From positions 512,001 through 576,000 of the forward strand of contig OZ250150.1 in assembly GCA_965237675.1 (NCBI GenBank): DNA of 64,000 nucleotides. The letters run 5' to 3'. The notes under the pieces were generated by a model. That model saw only the letters and a program-made list of their open reading frames with translations. It was not told the origin of the DNA and made no database searches. The stretch comes from Candidatus Latescibacterota bacterium. GTDB lineage: Bacteria; Latescibacterota; UBA2968; GCA-2709665. Position numbers and translations under genes: made by a program. Shown one piece after another: positions 10,972 to 21,649 of this stretch; within the stretch, counting starts at the first letter, position 1, and each line of letters starts with the position of its first letter.

Positions 10972-12180
10972 ATGATCACACGTGACCTGACGCCAAAACT
11001 CAAGAAGGCCGCGCGCACGTTTCCGTCCATTACGCTTACCGGTCCCCGACAAAGCGGCAAGACGACTCTTTGCAGGGCCATATTCCACGAGCATCGGTAC
11101 ACAACGCTTGAGTCTCCGGACATTCGCGCTTTTGCAACGGAAGATCCACGGGGTTTTCTGGCTCAGTTTCCCAGGGGCGCAATCATCGACGAGGTGCAGC
11201 GCGCGCCAGACCTGCTCTCCTACCTGCAGGGCATTATCGACGATGATCCGGTGCCCGGACGCTGGATCCTGACGGGATCGCAAAACCTCTCCCTGCTCGA
11301 GTCGGTCAGCCAGTCGTTGGCCGGAAGGACCGCGGTTTATTACCTGTTGCCGCTTACCCGAGCGGAAGTCGAGCGATTCCCACGGTTCCCCGAGAGTCTG
11401 GAAGAAACTCTCTTTGCCGGCTCGTTTCCCCGCATATTCGACTATGATCTGGATCCATCCGACTGGATCCGTTCGTATGTCGCCACCTATATCGAACGCG
11501 ATGTGCGCACAATAAGCAATGTAGGTGATCTGGCCACGTTTCAACGTTTTGTCGAATTGTGCGCCGGCCGTACGGCGCAGTTGCTTAACTTCTCGTCACT
11601 GGCCGGCGACTGCGGGATTTCTCAGCCAAGCGCAAGAGCCTGGCTCAGCATACTTGAGACCGGTTTTCTCACCTTCCGGTTGCCGGCATTTCACTCAAAC
11701 CTTCGCAAGCGCCTCGTGAAGATGCCCAAGCTGCACTTCTACGACACGGGTCTTGTCTGCTGGCTGCTCGGTATCCGCACGCCTGAACAACTACGGAATC
11801 ATCCACTTCGCGGCCCGATTTTCGAGACCTGGGTTGTTTCGGAAATTGCAAAATACCGAACCAACCAGGGTGAAACGGGCGGTCTGTCGTTCTACCGCGA
11901 CCGCAACGGGGCCGAGGCCGACCTCATCATCGAGCATCCCTCCCACATCGAGCTTGTCGAGGCCAAGTCCGCCGATACGCCTTCGTCGAGCCTATTCGAT
12001 GGCATAAACCGCGTCCGGAGGCACTTCACCGATTTACCCCTGCCATGTTCCGCTTTCGTCGCCTATGGCGGCAGTCAACTCCAGCGCCGATCCCGGGGGA
12101 GTCTCATTCCGTGGCGAAACCTCCACGAAGCGACATCCCAGGTCAACCATGTGGACGACGACATTGGGAAGAGCCGGTGA
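10972..12180 (+). CDS. AAA_14 ATPase with DUF4143 domain
   Basis: Walker A GPRQSGKT, IIDEVQ, LTGSQ, ESLAGR-like QSLAGR, PKLHFYDTGL, EADLI...VEAK. Confidence 0.92.
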   Translation: MITRDLTPKLKKAARTFPSITLTGPRQSGKTTLCRAIFHEHRYTTLESPDIRAFATEDPRGFLAQFPRGAIIDEVQRAPDLLSYLQGIIDDDPVPGRWILTGSQNLSLLESVSQSLAGRTAVYYLLPLTRAEVERFPRFPESLEETLFAGSFPRIFDYDLDPSDWIRSYVATYIERDVRTISNVGDLATFQRFVELCAGRTAQLLNFSSLAGDCGISQPSARAWLSILETGFLTFRLPAFHSNLRKRLVKMPKLHFYDTGLVCWLLGIRTPEQLRNHPLRGPIFETWVVSEIAKYRTNQGETGGLSFYRDRNGAEADLIIEHPSHIELVEAKSADTPSSSLFDGINRVRRHFTDLPLPCSAFVAYGGSQLQRRSRGSLIPWRNLHEATSQVNHVDDDIGKSR

Positions 12181-12913
12181 CGGACATTACGGGTTTGCCA
12201 AATCGACGAGAGCCCTGCCACCGAAACCCTGATGGTAGTTCGAGAATCACCCACGGCGATTCCCTGCAAGACCTCGCTCAACGTGAACGACGTATCGTTG
12301 AGGTTGTTTCCCGATGTTTCGCGACATCGGCACGGTGCGTCGTGCGGCGCGCCTGGCAGGCGGTGTGCTCAATGAAGTGTATCTGGCGGAAGCTTCGCGA
12401 GGCAATTTCGTCATACGGGTGAATCGCGTCAGAAGATCGACGGCCGAGATCGAACGTCTTTCGTCATTCCTCTCGTACCTGAGCCTGCGGGAGATACCCG
12501 TGGACGGGTTGTTCGACTGGGATTTGCTCTGCAACGGCCCTCGGCTGTGGGATGTCGTGGTTGCATCCAGCGATCTGTCCAGGATGGTCGGGGGTCCCCT
12601 GTCCCGCCACCCCCGGGCGTGGCGGGAAAACTTCGCGCACCATCTCGCAACCTACGGGAAGGAAGCACGGCGTCTCGGAATGGACATTACCGAGACTGAG
12701 GTCAGGTCCATTCCAAGCCTGCTCGTCGCCGACATGATTCTCAGCGGCGTTCTCTTCGCGCTGCACTTGAGACAACTGCCTCTGAAGCCTTACGAAACAG
12801 CAGACCAGCGCCGTCAACGGTCGGACAGGCTCTTATCGGACTCTGTAGACGACCTGATAACAATTGACAGACAGATAGCCAACGGCACTACAGTGTTGTC
12901 CTCGGAGCCTTGA
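12177..12913 (+). pseudogene. Aminoglycoside-phosphotransferase/kinase-like remnant
   Basis: The N-lobe GGVLNEVY...FVIR joins directly to GLFDWD...D with no HGD loop. The likely GTG start at 12177 is in a different frame from 12314-12913. Confidence 0.5.
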
Positions 12914-13049
12914 TACGCTCAACACGGAAACACACGTATGGAACTCAACCGCGTGGTTCTGGAAGAGTTAACTGCGCTCTCTGAGCAGCCCAAACCGAAA
13001 CCAGTGGCGTCACTATTTTCAGTTTCCCCGCGGCAAGACACATATATCG

Positions 13050-13080
13050 GGCTATTTCAAAGTTGAATATTAATATAGCC
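13050..13080 (+). repeat. Second copy of the 10918 motif
   Basis: ggctatttcaaagttgaatattaatatagcc, followed by tgatt as in copy 1. Confidence 0.6.
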
Positions 13081-13213
13081 TGATTCTTTCGTTTCCAGCA
13101 CCAAACCGCGGGGAGTCTCATTCCGGGGCGCCACGGTCTGACGCGGCAGCGGCGGTCCCGCCACGCCAGGCCACAGTGTCCCGTTGCGCTGAATGAGTAC
13201 AGGAAAGGCAGAT

Positions 13214-14482
13214 ATGGATCTGAACCGTGTGGTCCTGGACCTGGGAATAGAGCAAAGCCGGGAGGTCCTTGAGTCGGCGTGGGAGGTCTCCCAGGGTGCG
13301 ATGCCATCCGGGGCGTTACAATTTCTCTCGTCGGACTATGTGAGCGAGGCCTGCCGGGGCGTTTATCTGCCGGAAGAAATCGTTCAGGCTGCCGTCGGCA
13401 CGGCGGCCCGGGTTGCAGAGAGCCCCGCGATGCGCGCGTTGGCCTGGCACTGCCACTGGTGCGTCTATCGAGTCGAGAGATATTCCAGCCGCTTCGTGGA
13501 TAATTGGCCGTGTATGACGGGCCCACTCGGGGAAACGGCAGGCCTGTTCTACCTGCTGGTCTTGCTGTCGTGGTTTCCCAAAATGCAAGCGGTACACCGG
13601 GCGCACGGGCTTTCGGAACGGGTCGTGCGCGATAGCATGGAACAGATCTACCTGCGGGGCGTGACATGCAGCGAAAGTTTCGGCCGCTGGGGTCTGGATG
13701 GGCACGCCGCCCGCTGGCTGGCCAATTTCCTCCGCGGAGAGATCTATGCCCTGGGCAGGCTGGAGCACCAGTTCAGGGTGATGGACGACCCGTTTCGGGT
13801 CTATCGCCACAGAGAATCCTCGAAGGTCATCGCACTAAGCGAGGACGGCGTTTCCTATCGACGGGACGGGCAACGCCACAGAAGCGGAGATACGCAGCCC
13901 GCGTGGACCTCCCGGCTCGTCGTCACGAGAGACGCGATTACCGGGCACCTGGTCCTCCCGAACGGCAGCGCCGTTGAAAGGACGGTAGCGCTTGCCGCAG
14001 CGGACTGGGTTCCTGTCCTCGGCCGGGGCGACCCCATCCTCTATTTCCATATTCCGGGCGGAATCCCGCTGGACCATGCGGCGTGCGGGGATTCCTTCCG
14101 GGCCGCGATGGACTTCTTCCCTCGCCATTTTCCCGAACGCCCCTACAAGGCGTTCTTCTGTGGTTCCTGGTTGCTGGACACGCAGTTGGAGGATTGGCTG
14201 CCGTCCGGGTCGAATCTGGTGCGTTTCCTGCAGGAGTTCTACCTGCTGCCGGGCGGCATTTCGGAACGGTCGATTCTACAGACGGTGTTCGGAAATGCGT
14301 CAACTGACCTGGGCGATGCGCCCATGGACACGTCGCTTCAGCGGGCTATACGGGACCATGTATCCCTGGGCAGGCGGATTGATCCCGGCGCCGGGAAATG
14401 CTTTTTGTTCCCTGAAGATCTGGACTGGGGTCGCCAGGTTTATCGAACAACGAAGTTTCCGTGGCATCTGGTACGTGATTGA
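13214..14482 (+). CDS. DUF5596/GNAT-like acyltransferase domain protein
   Basis: LGRLEH, FHIPGG.PL, C.SWLLD.QL...LP..SNLVRF, TSLQRAI; RBS aggaaagg. Confidence 0.7.
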   Translation: MDLNRVVLDLGIEQSREVLESAWEVSQGAMPSGALQFLSSDYVSEACRGVYLPEEIVQAAVGTAARVAESPAMRALAWHCHWCVYRVERYSSRFVDNWPCMTGPLGETAGLFYLLVLLSWFPKMQAVHRAHGLSERVVRDSMEQIYLRGVTCSESFGRWGLDGHAARWLANFLRGEIYALGRLEHQFRVMDDPFRVYRHRESSKVIALSEDGVSYRRDGQRHRSGDTQPAWTSRLVVTRDAITGHLVLPNGSAVERTVALAAADWVPVLGRGDPILYFHIPGGIPLDHAACGDSFRAAMDFFPRHFPERPYKAFFCGSWLLDTQLEDWLPSGSNLVRFLQEFYLLPGGISERSILQTVFGNASTDLGDAPMDTSLQRAIRDHVSLGRRIDPGAGKCFLFPEDLDWGRQVYRTTKFPWHLVRD

Positions 14483-14540
14483 CTTGAAATGCGCGGCGGT
14501 TAGCAGTCCGTTGATAAAGTCGCTCTGCAGGCGAGGTATC

Positions 14541-14702
14541 GTGTCCCGTCCCGGAAATATCTCACCATTCATCCGCCGATTCATCCCGTCTCGCTGCGTT
14601 GCCCTCGCTCGCCGACCTTGCGCAGGTCGCCTCGCTCAGGCGCCTTGCCAGTCGGGCGACTCGGCGGGCGAATTTCGGCAATCCATTTCCGGGACAGAAC
14701 AC
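14541..14702 (-). mobile_element. MITE family A, copy 1 (IS630-like ends)
   Basis: TIRs gtgtcccgtcccggaaata and atttccgggacagaacac; homologous to copies at 22618, ~31300, 38230 and 58662. Confidence 0.75.
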
Positions 14703-14883
14703 TTGTCCTTGTGGCCGAAGACAAGGCGCGCGACCGCGTCGAATCGGGGGATTCGGGAAGGGAGTGCAACGCAGTAATTCGGCCACAAGGGCCGGACGCA
14801 GCCCGGATGGACTTTTTCAACGGGCTGTTATGCCCTGTTACACTTGTGAACGCACCGCGAAAATGGAAACTAAGGAGGTTGGC

Positions 14884-16014
14884 ATGGAGCGGTTCGGACA
14901 GCTTGAGATGGACTACCTTGCGAAGGTCATCGCCAGCGGGACGCTGAATAGCAAGACTGGGAAATTCACGTCGCAATTGGAGGAGCGGTTCGCAGAGTGG
15001 GTCGGAGCCGAATACGCCGTGGCAATGAACAGTGCGATGAGTGTGTTGCACACGTCCGTGGCGGCGGCGGGAGTGGGGCCGGGCGTCGAAGTGATCTGCG
15101 ATCCGGTGGTCCACTTCGGCGGCGCGGCCGTGATGTATCACAATGGCGTGCCGGTATTTTGCGATATCCATGAGGATAGCTGGAATATGGATTCCGATTC
15201 GCTGGAAGCGTGCGTTACGGAATACACGGGGGCGATCATCTGTACGCCGATGTGGGGGAACCCTCCGGATTACGAGGGGATTCTTGGCGTGGCGGGCAAG
15301 TACGGGCTTCCCGTGATCGAAGACGTGGCGCACGGGGTCGGGGGCTCGTACAGGGGAAGGCCGCTAGGGACCCTGGGGTCGATCGGGTCGTACAGTTTCC
15401 AGGAGGCCAAGCACCTCACGAGCGGCGATGGCGGAATGGCGGTAACAGACCGGCCCGAGATGATGGAGAAAATGCTGGAGATGCGGATTCTGAAGACGAC
15501 CCTGGGCTGGAACTATCGCATGACGGAACTGCAGGCGGCGGTGATGCTGGCGCAGATGGACAGGGCCGAGCAGATCATTGCGGCGCACCACCGGGCGGGG
15601 GCGCTCTACTGCGAAGCCGCAACGGAGGCTCCGTGGCTCGTACCGCAACGGGTGGCGAACGGGTGCGTCCACGCCTATCACGGCGTTGCCTTTCGATTCG
15701 AAGGAGACCGCGAGGGGATCTCGGTGGAGCGCTTTCAGGAGACCATGGCCGAACACGGGTGTCGGGTCTCGATCGGGTACAAGAGACGCTCCGCGGCTGA
15801 AGATCCGATTTTCACTGAGGTCCTGGCCTATGGAAAGGGGTGTCCCATCCGGTGTCCCCATTACAAGGGCGAAGCGCGCTATGGAAAAGGGGTGACGCCC
15901 GTGGCAGACCGCGCAGTGCCCCGCATGGTCGTGATGCCGATGGACGTTTATACGCCCGGAAAAACCGAGGAATATTCGGAAAAAATCCAGGCGGGTCTGA
16001 AGGCGCTCGGGTAA
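14884..16014 (+). CDS. DegT/DnrJ/EryC1/StrS PLP aminotransferase
   Basis: VIEDVAH, SFQEAKHLTSGDGG (PLP Lys), GWNYRMTELQAA; RBS aaggagg before ATG 14884. Confidence 0.92.
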   Translation: MERFGQLEMDYLAKVIASGTLNSKTGKFTSQLEERFAEWVGAEYAVAMNSAMSVLHTSVAAAGVGPGVEVICDPVVHFGGAAVMYHNGVPVFCDIHEDSWNMDSDSLEACVTEYTGAIICTPMWGNPPDYEGILGVAGKYGLPVIEDVAHGVGGSYRGRPLGTLGSIGSYSFQEAKHLTSGDGGMAVTDRPEMMEKMLEMRILKTTLGWNYRMTELQAAVMLAQMDRAEQIIAAHHRAGALYCEAATEAPWLVPQRVANGCVHAYHGVAFRFEGDREGISVERFQETMAEHGCRVSIGYKRRSAAEDPIFTEVLAYGKGCPIRCPHYKGEARYGKGVTPVADRAVPRMVVMPMDVYTPGKTEEYSEKIQAGLKALG

Positions 16015-16097
16015 GGCGAGGATCGCGAACGGAGAACCGACCGGGCCATTCGCATTGTCGCAAAACGTGGCCCGGGTCAAATGGAGTCGGCATCTGA

Positions 16098-17120
16098 ATG
16101 AGACGAGTACGCATCGGCGTCGCGGGCCTCGGGACGTTCGGGGAGGTGCACATCCGGGCGATAAGCCGGATTCCGGAGTTTGAGCTGGTCTCCGTCTGTT
16201 CGCGTTCCGAGGAACGCGCGAGGCAAATCGCCCAGACGTATGGGGTCAGCCGCTGGTATACCGATCTACAATCCTTCGCGGCGGATCCTGAGATTGAGGC
16301 GGTAGACGTCGTGAACGAAGTGGGCAGGCACGCGGAGGTGGCGCAACTTGCGCTCAATGCGGGAAAGGACGTGCTCGTGGAGAAACCGTTGAGCGCGCGA
16401 ATGGATGAGGTCGAGGCCGTGCTGCGTCTGGCCGAAGAAAAGGGGCGTGTCGTGATGGTGGGGTATATCGAGCGGTACGATCCGAGGCGGGCGGGGATGC
16501 GCGAGCAGGTTGCGTCGGGGGAACTGGGGGATGTCGTGTCGCTGTATGGACGCCGCAATTGCGGCCGTCACTTTTTGAACATGCCCCGTTTTCAGCTATG
16601 GCCCCTCATTATCGAGCCGGGCATTCACACAGTCGATATGCTGCTGTGGTTGGCGGGATCGCGCGTGGAAAGAGTCAGCGCGGTCGGACGCAGTCACAAT
16701 GAATGGGATACGATCGATACGTGGTGGGCGATGTTGGAGTTCAATTCAGGAGCCGTGGGTGTGATCGAGCAGATCTGGCACATCCCGGAGGGAGCGCCGG
16801 CCTCCTGGCTTCACGACAATTACCTCGAAGTGATCGGCACGGAAGGGTCGGTCCAGATGCGGGATCCGCACGATGCGTTCTGGTCGTGGACACCTGAAGG
16901 AACTTGCAGCCAGGACTATTATCTCAACGTCGAGGTGGCCGGGCAGGCCGCAGGCGCGCTGGCGAACGAACTACGGTACTTTGCGCGCTGTGTCGCGAAC
17001 CGGGAACAGCCTGCGCTTGGTTCGCCGTCCGAGATCCGGCACGCGACGGAGGTTGCGCTGGCAATCGTGTCGTCGGCCCGGAAAGGGTGTCCGGTTGAAC
17101 TGAATCGATCCGAAATGTAG
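16098..17120 (+). CDS. Gfo/Idh/MocA oxidoreductase
   Basis: GVAGLGTFG, GKDVLVEKP, GIHTVD. Confidence 0.9.
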   Translation: MRRVRIGVAGLGTFGEVHIRAISRIPEFELVSVCSRSEERARQIAQTYGVSRWYTDLQSFAADPEIEAVDVVNEVGRHAEVAQLALNAGKDVLVEKPLSARMDEVEAVLRLAEEKGRVVMVGYIERYDPRRAGMREQVASGELGDVVSLYGRRNCGRHFLNMPRFQLWPLIIEPGIHTVDMLLWLAGSRVERVSAVGRSHNEWDTIDTWWAMLEFNSGAVGVIEQIWHIPEGAPASWLHDNYLEVIGTEGSVQMRDPHDAFWSWTPEGTCSQDYYLNVEVAGQAAGALANELRYFARCVANREQPALGSPSEIRHATEVALAIVSSARKGCPVELNRSEM

Positions 17121-17144
17121 ATACAGAGAAAGAGAACTGCGGGC

Positions 17145-18005
17145 TCAATGCCCGTGCGGCGCTTCCGTCCCATGAACGGCGGCGGATTCAACGAAGTACA
17201 GTCCATAAGCAAGTCCGATTCCCACCAGTAGGGATACGATGAGCTTGCCGCGGTCGTGGCTGTGGAAATGGATCTCCGGCAGCAGATCGCTCAAGGCGAT
17301 ACACAGAAAGGCCCCCGTCGCGAACGCCAGCACATAGCCGACTACCGACCCGTCTTCCAGGCCGAGCAAACCCATACCCCAGAAACTCGCCAGCGCGATC
17401 AGCGGGCAGAGCGAGGCAAATCCAATATTGACCGCCGTTCGTGCGCGCGAGCCATGACCGGCGAACTTCATCATGCCGATAATGGAGTACGCATCCAGCG
17501 GTTTGTGAAGCAGGATGGCGAGAAATACCCCGAGTGCGGGCAACGCCCCTCCGTCTTCAAGCGGCGAACTCACCCGCATGCTGGTGCCCAGGGCAACGCC
17601 TTCGGTCACCGTATGCACCCCGAGGCCCATGGCGACCCCTACCAGGCTGCGTGAATGTACGCCGGAATCGCCGTAGTCGTGATGATCGTAGAGACCGCTG
17701 GCTTCTGTGCTGAAGTCGTGCTGATGAAAATGGAAAATGCGCAGAAGGAAGATCATCAGGACCATCCCGGCCACCACCCACGCCATGGCTTCTTCGACAA
17801 CCTCGGGACCGGTGATGCGTTCGAGGCTGTGAGGGAAGAGATGAAACATGGCGATGCCGAGGATGAAACCGGCCACGAGACTCATCAGAATCTGAATCCT
17901 CGTGTGGGTCATGGATCCCAGAACCGCCAGTTTCCCGCCAAGAAAGGAAACGGCAAAGATGCCAACTGAGTATCCCGCAACGATGAGCAGAGCGTTTGAA
18001 TCCAC
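17145..18005 (-). CDS. ZIP-family divalent metal (Zn) transporter
   Basis: Hydrophobic helices; HTVTEGVALG, HKPLD, DLLPE, His-rich loop. Confidence 0.88.
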   Translation of the reverse strand: MDSNALLIVAGYSVGIFAVSFLGGKLAVLGSMTHTRIQILMSLVAGFILGIAMFHLFPHSLERITGPEVVEEAMAWVVAGMVLMIFLLRIFHFHQHDFSTEASGLYDHHDYGDSGVHSRSLVGVAMGLGVHTVTEGVALGTSMRVSSPLEDGGALPALGVFLAILLHKPLDAYSIIGMMKFAGHGSRARTAVNIGFASLCPLIALASFWGMGLLGLEDGSVVGYVLAFATGAFLCIALSDLLPEIHFHSHDRGKLIVSLLVGIGLAYGLYFVESAAVHGTEAPHGH

Positions 18006-18251
18006 GGTAGCGATATCCTTAAATTAGCTTGAAAAACCGTCCGACATTTCCTCGCGCGCCGGACAGGGGCCTACCACCAGGTCGATTGCGGCGACGAATC
18101 TTTGGCCCTATGCTATTCCGGGCCGAATTTTACGCAATAGCAGGGCCGCACAATGGGCGTCGCTCCACGGAGATATTTTTAGGGGCAACCCTCAGTGCCT
18201 GCTCCGGGCTGCCCCCGATAGAGTCAATATTCCGTGTCGGCCCTAACGCCT

Positions 18252-20135
18252 TCAGAACAACAGGTTGACCTTGACCACATCGATGGTCTTGAGCACCGGA
18301 TGCGTCCAATGAACGTCGATGTCGAAGGACTCGGTGAGATACCGTTCCAGCGTCACGCGATGCACGTTCAGCAGCTGCTCCAGGTCACGTGCCAATATAA
18401 ATGAACGGATATGGGCCCTGACGACGTCAGCGATGATCTCTTCCGGATTCGCGGTCCGGTAGTGATAAACGTAGGGATCGTTGATCCGATATTGCACATT
18501 GACTGTCAGTGAAAGGAGGTTGAGGTCGCCGGACACGTACTCTTCCGGCGCATCACACAGGATGGACTTCACCTCCCGTACGGGCCACTTGTCGACCTTA
18601 ACGAAGGGCCGGGGGGCGAGATAGTGCAGGCCCGGCTGCAGGTCCTGCCAGTAAACCTCGCCGAAAAGGCGACCGTAGCCGACCGAATTGGGTGGTACGG
18701 TTGTGAAACCGCTGCCCAGGAAAATGGCGAGCAGCAATGCCCAGAGCATCAGGCCCATCGGCGCGGCCGGAGAAATGATGCCCACAATGGAACGACTGCG
18801 GGTCAGGCGGCCCCATACCTTTCGCAACGGTCCGGAGAGCGGTCGGATGTTCAGCAGAAAATCCTCCCAACCGCAGCGGAGAGCGCCGGCACGGAAACGC
18901 CAGACGATTAGAACGACGAGAATTACCGCGGCCGCCCATTGCAGGAACTGTATGGCCGGCGAATGAGACGCGCCAAGGTTTACCGGAACCATGATGCCCG
19001 TGGCCAGAAGCAGCACGTCGATTATGATGCCGAGGACGACCGTTACCGCGACGACCGCCGAGACGTAAATGGACGCGAAACGCGCGCCGAACTGGCTGAC
19101 GATGATTGCGATCGTACCCGTATTGGTGGCCGGACCCGTCATGAGAAAGATCAGCGCCGCACCCGGGCTGAAGCCCTTCGCGACCAGCGCCGCAGCGATC
19201 GGGGTGCTGGCTGATGCACAGATATAGAGCGGAATGCCGATCAGCACCATTATCGGATAGGATACCCAGCGGGCATATTCGTTCGACATCAAATCGCTCG
19301 GAATCACCAGAAAGAGCACGCTTCCGAGCGAAACACCCACCAGCAGTGCAAAAAGAATGTCGTCCGCTATCTCCACGAAGCCGTAGCGGAAAATGTGCTT
19401 GACCAGTTTTTTGAAGTCGAGCGCGTGATCGTCGGGGGACTTGTCGCTGGAAGAAGCCTTTCCGGCCTCAGACGCCTGCAGAGCGTCACGGTAGAAGGCC
19501 GGCTTCACCCAGGAAAGGAACTTCCAACGGCCGGCCGCCGTAGCGACGCCCGTCAGCCAATCAACGAAAAGGCCCTTCATTCGCGAATAGCTCACGTAGC
19601 AGTCGTCACTCTCCGGTATGAGCGGCTCGTGCGAACCGTGGTCGTGGTGATGATCGCAACAGTGGTCATGGTGGTCGTCATGTTCGCTATGGCCCGACCC
19701 GGTTTCATCGTGGCCGTTTCGGATAAGGCCGATACAGAAGATCCCGGCGACGACTGCCGTGATGAAGCTGATGACAGGACGGACGACCGCAACGACAAAT
19801 CCGAAGAAGGCGTTAGTGACCAGGATCGAGTCCGCCCCTGTCTCCGGCGCGGTTATCAGGAAAGACATGCATGCCGAACGAGACGCACCCTTCCTTCGCA
19901 TTTCGGCAACCACAGGTACAACCGAACAACTGCACAAAGGTACGGGTACGCCGACGGCCGAACTCACGGCCACGGATTTCAGACTGTCGTCCTTGAGCCA
20001 GCGGAGAATGGCCTCCCGCGAGATGAACACATGGATCAGACCCGAGAGGAACAAACCCAGCAACAGCATGGGCGCCAACAACAGAAAGGACATCCAGAGA
20101 AAGTCAAAAAAACTGACGAACGTCTGCAGAATCAC
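18252..20135 (-). CDS. SO_0444/DUF318-type metal permease fused to a C-terminal, apparently truncated SPFH (HflK-like) domain
   Basis: PLCSCSVVP, YICASASTPIAA, GPATN, His-rich loop; C-terminal PGLHY..P.PF..VD and SGDLNLL...VQYRI.DP. Confidence 0.8.
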   Translation of the reverse strand: MILQTFVSFFDFLWMSFLLLAPMLLLGLFLSGLIHVFISREAILRWLKDDSLKSVAVSSAVGVPVPLCSCSVVPVVAEMRRKGASRSACMSFLITAPETGADSILVTNAFFGFVVAVVRPVISFITAVVAGIFCIGLIRNGHDETGSGHSEHDDHHDHCCDHHHDHGSHEPLIPESDDCYVSYSRMKGLFVDWLTGVATAAGRWKFLSWVKPAFYRDALQASEAGKASSSDKSPDDHALDFKKLVKHIFRYGFVEIADDILFALLVGVSLGSVLFLVIPSDLMSNEYARWVSYPIMVLIGIPLYICASASTPIAAALVAKGFSPGAALIFLMTGPATNTGTIAIIVSQFGARFASIYVSAVVAVTVVLGIIIDVLLLATGIMVPVNLGASHSPAIQFLQWAAAVILVVLIVWRFRAGALRCGWEDFLLNIRPLSGPLRKVWGRLTRSRSIVGIISPAAPMGLMLWALLLAIFLGSGFTTVPPNSVGYGRLFGEVYWQDLQPGLHYLAPRPFVKVDKWPVREVKSILCDAPEEYVSGDLNLLSLTVNVQYRINDPYVYHYRTANPEEIIADVVRAHIRSFILARDLEQLLNVHRVTLERYLTESFDIDVHWTHPVLKTIDVVKVNLLF

Positions 20136-20597
20136 TCAATTGCCTCCTGTGCATCGGCAGAAGCGAGCCGACGCTTGGTAGAAGCTTCAGAAACCGTGGG
20201 CTGAAGGCGAGACAGAGAAAACGACTGACATCGCCCGCGCGCCGATGCGCCGGCCTTAAACGGCTAGCGTTGTCGCCTTCGGTCAGACGGACGTATCCAC
20301 GGATGCAAAAGCCGGCTCCACTTCAGGGACCGGACCGGACCGGAAAAAATAACGATTACCAAAATTCAAGTCAAGGACAATATATATACCTACATATAGT
20401 GTATTTTATCACCGCTGCAAGGGGGCGAAACCCTTTTCGACGTGCCCCGGTATCGGTATGGTCGCGCCGACATACGACGGCGGCAGGCCGCTCACGGTTT
20501 CGATTCACCTTCCAGGTTACGTTTCGTAACGAAGGCGGGAACCACGGCTTGACTTCGGCACGGAATCCGTTCCCGGGATCGGCAGGGGCGGGGTCGC

Positions 20598-21404
20598 CTA
20601 AGCTGTGCTCAGGACATAGCGCGGGCGGTTGTGCATCGGGCGGAACCCGATCTTTTTATAGACCCTTTCGGCTGCACTGTCAGCCGCGACTTCGAGCACG
20701 GTCCAACGATTGCCCATCGCCTGCGAGTCCGCGACTGCGCGCGCGGTCAATGAAGAGGCCACGCCTTTGCGGCGGTGTTGCGGCAAGGTGCCGACGAAGT
20801 CCACGCAACCCATTCCGTGTTCGGAATAAAGCAGCGCTGTCCCCGCCGGCTCGCCATCCTGGTATGCGAGGTAGAGCCGTATTTCGGGAATGTCGAGGAC
20901 CCTCCGGCCCAGGGCGCCCACATCGTCGGGAAAGTCGAAGCTGCGACACATGGTGTTGGCCCAGATCCCGTACCGGCCCGGATTGGGTTCTTCTATCTTA
21001 ACGTTTCCGTGTGCAAAGGGTCGTACGGCCCGGTCGCAGAGCATCGCCACGGCCTGTAACGCGAACGTAAAGCCACGTCGCTGCAGCCGTTCTCCCAAAT
21101 TGACGGGCCGGTCCAGGGGCGAAAGTGTGAAAGCACATTCGAACTTCCTCTCTTTGAAATAGCTGAGGGCGCTATCGATCAGCGGGTCGACCCGTGAGTC
21201 GGACACGTTCACCCGAACGACACGGTGTAACAGTGAATTCTTGACGTGCTCGTGGCTGAATGCCACGGCCCCACCGAGATTGTGGCTGTCGCACCAGCGG
21301 GCGCGGAAACCAACCCAGAGTTTTTCGAAAGTTGCCGTGAATTGACTGGACATAGGGTCTGAAGACAGGTGAACTTCCGCTCCGCTTCGCATTAAAGCTG
21401 ACAA
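20598..21404 (-). CDS. GNAT-family N-acetyltransferase (start uncertain)
   Basis: VGTLPQHRRKGVA acetyl-CoA motif, VYKKIGF. Confidence 0.85.
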   Translation of the reverse strand: MSALMRSGAEVHLSSDPMSSQFTATFEKLWVGFRARWCDSHNLGGAVAFSHEHVKNSLLHRVVRVNVSDSRVDPLIDSALSYFKERKFECAFTLSPLDRPVNLGERLQRRGFTFALQAVAMLCDRAVRPFAHGNVKIEEPNPGRYGIWANTMCRSFDFPDDVGALGRRVLDIPEIRLYLAYQDGEPAGTALLYSEHGMGCVDFVGTLPQHRRKGVASSLTARAVADSQAMGNRWTVLEVAADSAAERVYKKIGFRPMHNRPRYVLSTA

Positions 21405-21649
21405 TTGCGCAGATCGGGCGAATCCATCTGATCCGTTTCAAATGGACTATGGGGCGATTTCGGACCGACATCCATTGCCAAAATATGCCATCTTGGTATA
21501 TTATCTTCTCAGCGAAATAAGATCGGCCTTATGAATATCGCGGGGGATCGGTCCATGTTTGAAGCCGGCGCGGAGATACGGTGAAAAGCCGTTGAGAAAG
21601 GTGGATCGATGAGTCATTTCATTGCATGCAGAAATCGGGGTTTCGCACC

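Noticed and set aside
14599-14883. Long N-terminal extension of the DegT ORF (likewise 38130-38384 of the 204-aa ORF and 52748-52924 of FtsZ)
   Set aside because: These extensions run through MITE sequence; downstream ATGs with an RBS or signal peptide are better starts.
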